DNA from: Candidatus Obscuribacterales bacterium
GTDB taxonomy: Bacteria > Cyanobacteriota > Vampirovibrionia > Obscuribacterales > Obscuribacteraceae
Length of the DNA: 64,000 bases
Direction: 5' to 3'
NCBI GenBank assembly: GCA_965228855.1
Contig: CBDDIJ010000005.1
Location: 1,504,001-1,568,000, forward strand
The translations under genes and the position numbers were made by a program. Shown here piece by piece: positions 18,776 to 27,224 of this stretch; the first letter of the stretch is position 1; each line of letters starts with the position of its first letter. The notes beneath the pieces are model-generated. The model saw nothing but the letters and a program-made list of their open reading frames with translations. It did not search any database and was not told where the DNA came from.

Positions 18776-19963
18776 CTATTTCTTTCCGCCACCGAACATA
18801 GCCGGCAAGCTGAAAGCGGCTTTCTTACCTTCTTTCTTTTCCGTGATGAGGAGCTGCTCTCCACCGGCGATACGGCGTGCGAGGGAGTCCAGCGATTTAC
18901 CTAAAGCGGTATGTCCGGGAGCGATTTGGCCCTGGTTGTTGACCCATTTAGCTGTCTTCGTGTCGTTCGGAATTTCATGGAAGACAGGGTAGTTCAAGTT
19001 GGCACGGCACTCAGACAGTACGTCTTGAGGAAGCCACTCTGAACGGTTGACCACGAGCAACAGTTTTTCCTGGTTATAGTGAGCCTTGAATGTGTCCAAG
19101 CACTTTCTGGCGTTCAGGATAGCTGCCCAGTTGTATTCCGTGATGACCAGCACGTGGTCAGCAAGGTCTAGTGTCGCAATTGCCCGCTCGTCAAGAAGGT
19201 TCTTCGGCAGGTCAACTACAGTGAAACGAAATTCTTGTTTTGACGTATATAGGATCTCTTGAACTTGAGCGGCATAGATATCGCCGATGTCTTCCAGTTC
19301 AGGAGGTGCAGCCAGGATGCTGAGCTTGTCGTCATATCTGGTCATGAGGTTACGCAGATATGTGGCATCGAAGTTGGTGTGCGAGAAGTCGATAGTACTC
19401 AAACTGAATGAAGGTTCGAGGTTCAAATAGTGAGAAACCATGCCGAACTGCAAGTCGAGGTCTACGATGCAGGTCTCACCATACTTGCCGAGGTAGCCAC
19501 CAAGGTTGGTGACCAGAGTGGTGGCACCGATACCGCCTGTCGGCGAGAAGATGGCGACCACTTTACCCGCAGCGGTTGATACCGATTCGGACTGGTGCTT
19601 CAACTGGATAGATTGAACGGCAGCCGGCAAGTCCGTCCGCCAACGTTCAGCATCCAGGAAGTCGGACGCCCCGAGTCGATACGCGGTGCGGATCAACTCG
19701 GGGTCCGGTACTTCGTAGCTTACAAAGAAATAGAGTTGAGGGAATGTTTCTCTCAATTCGGCCAACAGTGAAAGTCCGCGCACGGGGGCGGGGCTTAATT
19801 CAATCCACACCAACTTCGGGTGCAAACTACCGATCTGTTCTCGAGCCATACTGCCTGACACCGTGCTCACCAGAGCGAGCGACGGCTGGCTGTGGATCAG
19901 ATCCTCAATGGTTTGTCTCTTATCCAAACCGGCGTCACAGACAAGAAGTGTGGTTAGTTTCAT
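18776..19963 (-). CDS. cpaE: Pilus assembly protein CpaE/TadZ (receiver-like + MinD/ParA-like)
   Basis: N-terminal receiver-like domain; GKVVAIFSPTGGIGATT, VDLDLQFG, VVDLP, LVVNR. Confidence 0.9.
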   Translation of the reverse strand: MKLTTLLVCDAGLDKRQTIEDLIHSQPSLALVSTVSGSMAREQIGSLHPKLVWIELSPAPVRGLSLLAELRETFPQLYFFVSYEVPDPELIRTAYRLGASDFLDAERWRTDLPAAVQSIQLKHQSESVSTAAGKVVAIFSPTGGIGATTLVTNLGGYLGKYGETCIVDLDLQFGMVSHYLNLEPSFSLSTIDFSHTNFDATYLRNLMTRYDDKLSILAAPPELEDIGDIYAAQVQEILYTSKQEFRFTVVDLPKNLLDERAIATLDLADHVLVITEYNWAAILNARKCLDTFKAHYNQEKLLLVVNRSEWLPQDVLSECRANLNYPVFHEIPNDTKTAKWVNNQGQIAPGHTALGKSLDSLARRIAGGEQLLITEKKEGKKAAFSLPAMFGGGKK

Positions 19964-20049
19964 GACTTTAAGCGTTCTCCCCCATTGCCGACAGCCCTTA
20001 GAGTGTTGTACCCACTAAAAGGCAATTGTTCACTTGATTCCAATAAGTT

Positions 20050-21024
20050 CTAGCTTTTTGGAACCGAGAGTACATCTTTCTTACTGCCGGACCAAATCTC
20101 TATTTCGTGTAGTGGTGGCGGCGGTGGTGCTGCCGATGGAAGCTCTCCACCCATTCCGCCGTCCGGTAGTGCTGGCAGATCGCCACCGTCCGGAGCGCCT
20201 GGAACAGGCGGCGGAGGTAGTGCCGACGGAGGAGGCAGTGCGGACAGATCGTCAGCTTGCTTCTCCGGTGCTTTCGCGAAGAGCGAAATCACATCTACTG
20301 TAGCTACCGGGGTGTGGTCCTTTTCGTTTCTCAAGGTCAAATAGAGCTTGGAAGCGCTGATTGACTTGATCAACTTGCCTGCATCTTCAGGAGATACAAG
20401 GACTGTAACCGAGTTAGCAGGTACTGCTGCTGTGCCGCCTGGCTGCTTTTGGTACATTTGACCAACTGCAATTACTTCGACATCCGACAATACTGGTGCA
20501 ACTTTTGTCTCTGCTCCGGAACCGACCATGGCATACGCATCCACGCGGCTTTCAGGAGTGACAAATCCAGCAACACCGGAGTTGTTGTCGACGGCAAATG
20601 TTACCGCGCGCATACCTTCACGGAGTCTGGATTCAAATCCGAGCGAAATGCCCTGTGGAGCAAGGTCGTGTTGCGAAACAATTTGACCTTGAGAGATTCC
20701 GTACTTGGCGACACGACCAGCGGCGAGTGAGCCGGAGGTCAAGGCGTCTTGAGGAATCTTCGATTGCTCGATCTCTTTTTCTTCGAGAGCATCGCTAGGA
20801 ATTGTTTGTCCTTCAGGAATATCTTTAATCGCATACACGACTTTCCCTTTGGCACTCATTTTTGCTTCAAGGTCTTTCTTTTTCGCTTCGAGCTCTTGCT
20901 CTTGCTGACTCATACGGCCTGTAACCATCATGGTAACCAAGACAGCCAAACCGATGATGATCAGCAACATAAGTGCTGGAGGCATCCGGGAAAGACTCAA
21001 GAATAACGCTCGTAATGGGTTCAT
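20050..21024 (-). CDS. cpaB: Flp pilus assembly protein CpaB/RcpC
   Basis: TM anchor, SAF domain (VVYAIKDIPEGQTI), GMRAVTFAVD..SGVAGFVTP..RVD, VLSDVEVIAVG, VTVLVSPEDA, LYLTLRN; Pro-rich tail. Confidence 0.93.
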   Translation of the reverse strand: MNPLRALFLSLSRMPPALMLLIIIGLAVLVTMMVTGRMSQQEQELEAKKKDLEAKMSAKGKVVYAIKDIPEGQTIPSDALEEKEIEQSKIPQDALTSGSLAAGRVAKYGISQGQIVSQHDLAPQGISLGFESRLREGMRAVTFAVDNNSGVAGFVTPESRVDAYAMVGSGAETKVAPVLSDVEVIAVGQMYQKQPGGTAAVPANSVTVLVSPEDAGKLIKSISASKLYLTLRNEKDHTPVATVDVISLFAKAPEKQADDLSALPPPSALPPPPVPGAPDGGDLPALPDGGMGGELPSAAPPPPPLHEIEIWSGSKKDVLSVPKS

Positions 21025-22118
21025 TACGGTTCCCCCTTCTTTCTAGTAGAGAAAGATTAACCAATTACTATTAACGCACATCGGCGATACAAGGACAACA
21101 AGGGTCGTCCCGCCCGCGCCCAAAAATCTTTTACCCTTTCCGGACACAGGTACTAACAGTTACGGATCTTACAAGCAAACGGCGGGGTTCGCACACGGCA
21201 AAGTCGCGCTTGAGATCTAGGTTTTACGAAAGTATGCATTTACAAGGTCGCAGCCGAATGCCAAGAATTACCAGTCACCTGACAATTCTTTTCTGGACAT
21301 AAACCCTTTCAGTCAAAAAAACCAATTCACCCAATGCCTGATAACATCCGGTTTCCAACAACCTCCAACGCCAACGCAGTCAATCGGCTCGTTGTCACGC
21401 GGCTAGCTCCTCACGGCTGTCAAGCCGCTTGTGCAGACGCTTTTCGCTTGACTAGTGGAAACAAAAAACAACAAGCGCCGTCTCACTCAGCATCGCGAGC
21501 AAGAAATCATCCCTTGATTTCTTGTGCGCTAACCTGCCACTGAGGGAGAAAATCCTGGCAAATACAAATCCGGTTAAAGACGCGAATCCCCCCGCTCACT
21601 GGATCTGGAAGCAAAACAAAACGCTTGACTTCATGCGGGTTTTGTACGACCCTCAATGACGAAATTGCACGCGATCAACGACCGCAATTTTTCGCTTGAA
21701 GCCATCAAATAAATTTTTACGCCAACGCAAAATATTTTGCGCTGAGCCTCAACAACGCTTCACAATCATCTCAAGCGGAAACCGGTCCAACGACCAGCGT
21801 TGGGAAATCTGGTCGGACATTTCGGATCGGGCCATCTGGTCCGACTCCGTCTACAAACTGATTTTCTATACTCAATTCTTGTCGAAGAAAACCTGCGAAA
21901 TCACGATGATTGCTGGTTTTCGCGCAGATAGGAAGCGGACTAGCAACTAGCGACACGAATCGTTCGACACTCTAAGCGAGCATGTGAGCTCCGGCGACCC
22001 TAGTCGTCACCGAATACGCAGGTCCCACGACGATCGCCCACGACAATCGTTTTCGCGAGCGTACCACATGGCTGAAACCCTGCCTCTGCTACATCAACGC
22101 GCTATGCATCCCGACAAC

Positions 22119-22148
22119 GCGAAAGGGGAAGGCTCTCGCCTTCCCCTT
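22119..22148 (-). terminator. Intrinsic terminator after flp
   Basis: Minus strand AAGGGGAAGGC-GAGA-GCCTTCCCCTT then T; perfect 11-bp stem with GNRA loop, 27 bp after the stop. Confidence 0.75.
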
Positions 22149-22175
22149 CCTTGATCTTGAACTTGAAACGGACGC

Positions 22176-22373
22176 TTAGGACGAAGATGCCGCAGCAGCC
22201 GACAGGTCATTGAGCTTCTGAACAACCGACGAGAATGCTCTCGAGATTGCAGCTGCCAATGCGCCTTGGGTGATAGCAAACACCAGAGCCACAAGGATAG
22301 CTACGAACGCCAAGATAGCGCCGTATTCTGTAATACCTTGTCCAGACTCGTCCTTAATAAAACGATCGATCAT
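22176..22373 (-). CDS. flp: Flp family type IV pilin
   Basis: MIDRFIKDESG|QGITEYGAILAFVAILV (Flp motif G|xxxxEY); strong SD AGGAGG 7 nt upstream. Confidence 0.95.
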   Translation of the reverse strand: MIDRFIKDESGQGITEYGAILAFVAILVALVFAITQGALAAAISRAFSSVVQKLNDLSAAAASSS

Positions 22374-22640
22374 AGAAAAACCTCCTAAATGCTGCCCGCT
22401 ATCATAACGTCACTCCAACGGAGCGAAACAAGACAACATTTCCTTTTGTAAATTTTTTAGTAACAATACCACTGTACAAAACCGAAGTTAAACACCACTT
22501 TTTTCGGACTATCACCTCCTACTTCGATGTACCTTCTCGTTATGCCCTTGCGGAAGAAAAATCAACGTCGCAGTTGCATCTCGTTAAAACCATCTTATCC
22601 CGCACCTTCGATCTCGCCTAGTCCCCCTCCAAACTTTTTC

Positions 22641-22668
22641 TTGACAATCCCGTCAAAAAGTCTAGAAT
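22641..22668 (+). promoter_or_regulatory. sigma70-type promoter overlapped by a TTGAC-N6-GTCAA palindrome
   Basis: TTGACA (22641), 16 bp, TAGAAT (22663). Inverted repeat TTGAC-AATCCC-GTCAA at 22641-22656. Confidence 0.55.
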
Positions 22669-22869
22669 TCGGAAAGCGCAGGCACGAATGAGGCATTTTT
22701 CGGGACGTCGATGCTCGACGTCGCCCGTTACACATTGCAACAATTCGTCCCGTAAACTCTTTTCAGTCTCTAGACTCGATCATAGGTACTTCTGTCAGAA
22801 GTGGCTCTATATAAGCATTTGAGCCGGTCCAGAAGACGCAGTTTCTATTCCGAATTGGAGAGCCCTGGG

Positions 22870-23850
22870 ATGTCAGAATCCGGCATAAAACAAGAACGCA
22901 TTTATGCCGCGATCGAAAAAGTCAGAGCTTACCTCAAAACGCAGCAATTACCAGACGGATCATGGTCCTTTAAACCCGGTCTGACTGAGCCTTCGCTGGA
23001 AGCAACGGCATGGGTGAGTCTTGCCCTTCAGGGCGAATCTGATCTTATAGAGAAGGTTTTTTCCTTCTACATCTCCGCACAGAATGCTGACGGCGGTTTC
23101 GCAACGGCGCCTAACATGGGCAATTCAAGCTGGATCACCGGTCCAGTGGTGCTTTCGATGCGCAACCTCAAAGACGAAATAAAGCAGCCCCTTCTATCTA
23201 AAGAGATCGAAAAATCTCTGGACCGAGCCCTTACATATATGTGCGATTCACGGGTCGAGTTTTATCCTGCCGTTGCCCGGCTCTTACTACTGATTTCCAA
23301 AGGCCCTGAGAGTTTGCGGTATTCGCGGGGATGGCCTTGGGACAAGCAATGTTTTCACTGGGTGGAACCGACTACATACAATCTGCTAGCGCTGAAGACA
23401 CTCGGCATGCCACCGGCTCATAAAGGCTACTTCCAGGAAATTACTGATATCGCAGAGAAGTTCATCCTTGAACATTCCTGCAAAGCTGGTGGCTGGAACC
23501 ACGGCAACAATATAACTCTTGGTTCCGACCTTCCGCCGTATAGGGTGACTACTGCTGAAGCACTGCTTGCTGTTCAGGAATATAAAAACAAAAAACAGGT
23601 CGCCGATGCGCTGGCTTATCTAGAATCGCTGAGCAACGAAGATACATCCTCAATGGCATTGGCCTGGTCCAGCCTCGCACTCAATGCCTACGGAAAAGAC
23701 AATACGAAGGAAAACGAGTTTCTCCTGCAACGCCAACGAGATGATGGTAGTTTCGGTGACAACCTGATGGTCGATGCTTTGGCTTGCCTCGCGCTGAAAT
23801 CGGTCAACAAAAATATCTTGAAGTATCAGGAGGCGCCGAGCAAAACATGA
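22870..23850 (+). CDS. Prenyltransferase/squalene-cyclase-repeat (alpha/alpha barrel) protein
   Basis: QW-like repeats QQLPDGSW, AQNADGGF, AGGWNHG, RQRDDGSF. Confidence 0.8.
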   Translation: MSESGIKQERIYAAIEKVRAYLKTQQLPDGSWSFKPGLTEPSLEATAWVSLALQGESDLIEKVFSFYISAQNADGGFATAPNMGNSSWITGPVVLSMRNLKDEIKQPLLSKEIEKSLDRALTYMCDSRVEFYPAVARLLLLISKGPESLRYSRGWPWDKQCFHWVEPTTYNLLALKTLGMPPAHKGYFQEITDIAEKFILEHSCKAGGWNHGNNITLGSDLPPYRVTTAEALLAVQEYKNKKQVADALAYLESLSNEDTSSMALAWSSLALNAYGKDNTKENEFLLQRQRDDGSFGDNLMVDALACLALKSVNKNILKYQEAPSKT

Positions 23851-24896
23851 AGAGACGCGACTTTCTAAAAACCGCGGCCGGAGCTGTCGCCGCAACATCA
23901 CTCGGCGCATCCTGCGACAATGAAACTGAATCGCGCCACGTTCCCAAACAAATCAAAGTCACTGACGAGCAGATGCAGTTGAGGCGCAAAGAGCGTTCGA
24001 CCGTGGTGCTGATGCCATGCGATTCATACGAACAGGACATTCTGCAGTTACTTATCGCAAACGCAGATAAAGTCAAAATGCCTGATGTGAAGGGCAAGCG
24101 TGTAGTTTTGAAACCGAATATGGTCGAGTACCGCGACGAGAAAACTCCGGTAACAACAAATCCGGCCGTTTTAAAAGCAGCTATTCAACTGTGCAAACAC
24201 TTTGGTGCCGGCGAAATCATTGTCGCCGAAGGACCAGGACACATGCGGGATACGGAGTTCCTGCTCAACGCCACCGGACTTGGTGCAGCGGTGAAGGAGA
24301 TGGATGTTCCCTTTGTCGATCTAAACCTGGACGATATCGTCAAAGTGAAAAACATCACGGCATTCAATAAACTGGAAGACTTCTATCTTCCGAAAACCAT
24401 TGTGGGAGCCGATGTCGTAATCTCGGTTCCAAAACTGAAAACGCATCACTGGGTAGGTGTGACCTGCTCAATGAAAAACCTTTTTGGAGTGGTGCCCGGA
24501 CGTAAATACGGCTGGCCTAAAAATATTTTGCATAAGAAAGGAATTCCGAATTCGATCATCGACCTTCAACACATGGTCAAACCAGCGTTTGCAATCGTCG
24601 ATGCTATAGTGGCAATGGAAGGCGACGGTCCTATCAATGGCACCGCTATCAATACCAATTTCATCGCCATGAGCGACGACCTTGCCGCTCTCGACTCTAC
24701 GCTTGTGCGCATCACAGAGATCGATCCCTACGAGCTTTCATACATAGTGCTCGCCGGAAAAGTCGTGGGCAACATCGATCCCGCTGAAATCGACGTCGTC
24801 GGTGCCACGATCGACGAGCTCAAGAAACCGTTCAAGCGACCCATTACGCTAGACAAACCAGAATTACTGGTACAAGCCGCCGACGCAGGAAGTTAG
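23847..24896 (+). CDS. DUF362 family protein with Tat (lipo)protein signal
   Basis: MKRRDFLK twin-arginine motif and GASC lipobox; VVLKPN, VTTNP, VAEGPG, SVPKLKTH, MKNLFG, AMEGDGP; ATGA overlap with upstream gene. Confidence 0.88.
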   Translation: MKRRDFLKTAAGAVAATSLGASCDNETESRHVPKQIKVTDEQMQLRRKERSTVVLMPCDSYEQDILQLLIANADKVKMPDVKGKRVVLKPNMVEYRDEKTPVTTNPAVLKAAIQLCKHFGAGEIIVAEGPGHMRDTEFLLNATGLGAAVKEMDVPFVDLNLDDIVKVKNITAFNKLEDFYLPKTIVGADVVISVPKLKTHHWVGVTCSMKNLFGVVPGRKYGWPKNILHKKGIPNSIIDLQHMVKPAFAIVDAIVAMEGDGPINGTAINTNFIAMSDDLAALDSTLVRITEIDPYELSYIVLAGKVVGNIDPAEIDVVGATIDELKKPFKRPITLDKPELLVQAADAGS

Positions 24897-24981
24897 TCAT
24901 AAGACGGAAGACTGAGTCGACTTCACACGACGGTCCCGGTGACGATACCGTGAGGCGGCGGCCGTAACTCGGGAGGAGGCG

Positions 24982-25407
24982 TCAGGCAGACGGCAAGTAA
25001 TTTGGCTCGATATCGAGGCGTTTAAAAACGGCGTTCACTGCCGCCCAGGTCCTTTTTCTGTATTCGCGGACTCCTGGCGACGAGCTTGCAACACCGCATT
25101 CCATGAGTGAAACCATACGTCCTTCAGGCCAGGCAGAGACCGGCAAATCTAGAAGAAATTTTTCCAATTCATCAACCTTGATTTTACGGTTCTTGCGCGG
25201 TTTTCCATAAGCAATGATCATCTCGTTATCATAAATGGTGATAGAGGGATTGATGCCTTTTCCCCGCGATTGATTGGGTTTCACTGTCTTGATTCTCGGA
25301 TCGAGTTTTCTTCCATTACCGTCAGCGGCACTAACAGACATGATTGGTGGCACTGAGAGCAACATAAGAAACGCCAGCCATGACGCTAAGACCGTGGGTT
25401 TTCGCAT
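24982..25407 (-). CDS. Exported hypothetical protein
   Basis: Signal-peptide-like N-terminus MRKPTVLASWLAFLMLLSVPPIMSVSA. Confidence 0.6.
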   Translation of the reverse strand: MRKPTVLASWLAFLMLLSVPPIMSVSAADGNGRKLDPRIKTVKPNQSRGKGINPSITIYDNEMIIAYGKPRKNRKIKVDELEKFLLDLPVSAWPEGRMVSLMECGVASSSPGVREYRKRTWAAVNAVFKRLDIEPNYLPSA

Positions 25408-25478
25408 ATAGCAATTCTGCATTCACGCCCCCTTCTACTGGAACTTTCCAGGCCCTGATATCAGATTCTCAACCTCCG

Positions 25479-26087
25479 CTATGGAAAGGCTTCCCGCCAT
25501 CTCGGAATATTGTAATGCTTCGTACAAATCGCATCGAAGATGATGCCTTCTTCTTTCAACCTGTCTCGATAGACAGGTACGTCATCGGGGCGCCCCTGCA
25601 GCTCGGGCGATACCAGACAGAGCTTAAACCCGCAATTCTTCAAATGCGAATACACATCCTTCGAAATCGGTAGAAATGAAAAGCAGTCGACCCAGACCCA
25701 ATCGACCAGACCTTCCAGTTTCATTACTGTATCGATGGATTCGTATTCTGAGAAACGAACCGCCGAGCGCGTTTCACCTCGCTGCACAAGTTGATAAATC
25801 ATTGGGAACGACGAGTCGAGAAAGAAATAGTTTTCTATCTTGTACTTCTGCAGCAATTCCAAAATCTTGAACTCGATGCGCTCACTCTTAACGTTCAAAA
25901 TCAACGTACCATGTTTATAACCTGCAAAAAACGGCTCTGCGTCCTCGCCGTCAGTAAACGGATCATGCTGCAGAATCAAACGTTCGCCGCGATCACGCAA
26001 ATCTATTTCCACACCAAACTCGTGCGGAATTTCTGCGAGACCGCTCACGGTGTTTATTCGGTGAGCAATATAATGAACATTCGACAT
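25479..26087 (-). CDS. GDPD/PI-PLC-like phosphodiesterase family protein
   Basis: IAHR, GVEIDLR, LQHDP, ILNVK, DWVWVD: TIM-barrel phosphodiesterase motifs. Confidence 0.7.
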   Translation of the reverse strand: MSNVHYIAHRINTVSGLAEIPHEFGVEIDLRDRGERLILQHDPFTDGEDAEPFFAGYKHGTLILNVKSERIEFKILELLQKYKIENYFFLDSSFPMIYQLVQRGETRSAVRFSEYESIDTVMKLEGLVDWVWVDCFSFLPISKDVYSHLKNCGFKLCLVSPELQGRPDDVPVYRDRLKEEGIIFDAICTKHYNIPRWREAFP

Positions 26088-26091
26088 CCTA

Positions 26092-26802
26092 TTATTGCTC
26101 CTTCAGAGCGCGTTTCAGCTTAACGCTGAACTCTAGTGTTCGTTTAATAAATTTCCATTTGGCACCAAGACTGGTGTTCCACTTAGAGGTTCCATGAAGG
26201 CGCTCGGTGAACTCGACGTCAAATCTGTGAATGCGAAGATTGCGTTTCTGAGCCAAGTACAGCGCATATAGGTCAAGAGAGAAATCGTCCGGTGGATTCG
26301 TCCATTGTTCTAAAAAAGAACGATGAAAAATATTAGGCTGCGCATTTATATCCCAAAGCGCACCACCAAGATATGCAGATTCAAAAATGCTCATGCCGCA
26401 CGTGAAAACATTGTCCACAAGCGGCCGCCCGCGGCGCTGCCCTTTAACATACATATTTTGAGGATCGGAATTGAACTCCAGAATGTCGAGCGCTTTAATT
26501 ATGTCGTGCGGATCGGTTTGCATGTCCGCATGCGTCCAGCCGACGTAATCTGACGTCAGAGCCCTTAGCCCATGCACAATTCCATAGCCGTAACCTTTGT
26601 TGACCGGCACGCGAGCCGTTTTCGCAAAGGGGTACTGCGGCAGCAATTCAGCAATGACCTGCGGCGAATTATCCGTAGAACCATTGTCGAGCAAAAGCAA
26701 CTCAACATCCGGACGAGTACATACGGACTTGAAGCGCTCCAAAATCAGCGGAATATTTTTCTCCTCGTTGTAGCAAGGAATTACGACGCTTAGCTTGCTC
26801 AC
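26092..26802 (-). CDS. GT2 glycosyltransferase (polyprenol-phosphate glycosyl synthase-like)
   Basis: LSVVIPCYNE, DNGSTD, NKGYG, HADMQTDP, ERLHGTSKW. Confidence 0.9.
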   Translation of the reverse strand: MSKLSVVIPCYNEEKNIPLILERFKSVCTRPDVELLLLDNGSTDNSPQVIAELLPQYPFAKTARVPVNKGYGYGIVHGLRALTSDYVGWTHADMQTDPHDIIKALDILEFNSDPQNMYVKGQRRGRPLVDNVFTCGMSIFESAYLGGALWDINAQPNIFHRSFLEQWTNPPDDFSLDLYALYLAQKRNLRIHRFDVEFTERLHGTSKWNTSLGAKWKFIKRTLEFSVKLKRALKEQ

Positions 26803-27224
26803 TCGGTTTGCGCCTCCTCTGTCGATTTAAACACCCAAAATTTTTGACCGAGAAAGTTTAGAACGGTGCTTGTTCCAGTCGCAGCAAGGAACGCAAATTG
26901 CGCCTCGTACGGTTTCAACATCGGTATCAATGTTGGCGCCACATCAAGCGTCACGCGGTTTACAGCCACATTAGCGCCAAGAGTGGATAAATAAAGGCAG
27001 ATGAATTTAACGATTTCAATGTGCGAGCGCTTCGGTTTCTTGAAAGTCCAAAATTTGTTCAGTAAAAACGCAACGATCGTTCCGGCAATGAAAGAGATCG
27101 CTTTTGAGATCGAAGGCGGCAAAAACGGTAGCAGCAGGAAGTAAACAGCCGTGTCGCAAGCGACTGCACTACCTCCAGCGACGAGGAAACGCTTTATTTC
27201 ACCTGGATTTGCTTTTTCTGGCAT
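26799..27224 (-). CDS. GtrA family flippase-like protein
   Basis: RFLVAGG, AFLLNKFWTF, NFLGQKFWVF; 4 TM helices. Confidence 0.9.
   Translation of the reverse strand: MPEKANPGEIKRFLVAGGSAVACDTAVYFLLLPFLPPSISKAISFIAGTIVAFLLNKFWTFKKPKRSHIEIVKFICLYLSTLGANVAVNRVTLDVAPTLIPMLKPYEAQFAFLAATGTSTVLNFLGQKFWVFKSTEEAQTE

Noticed and set aside
21174..21262. c-di-GMP-I riboswitch-like words (GCAAAC...GCAAAG...TCTAGG)
   Set aside because: On the strand opposite cpaB with no downstream gene, and I could not build convincing P1/P2 stems. An Rfam scan would settle it.
22459..22520. 13-codon leader peptide upstream of flp (GTG GTG TTT ... TAA)
   Set aside because: SD-to-start spacing of about 16 nt is too long, and there is no other support.
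22870..23850. Squalene-hopene cyclase
   Set aside because: Only ~326 aa (single barrel) and no DxDD catalytic motif.
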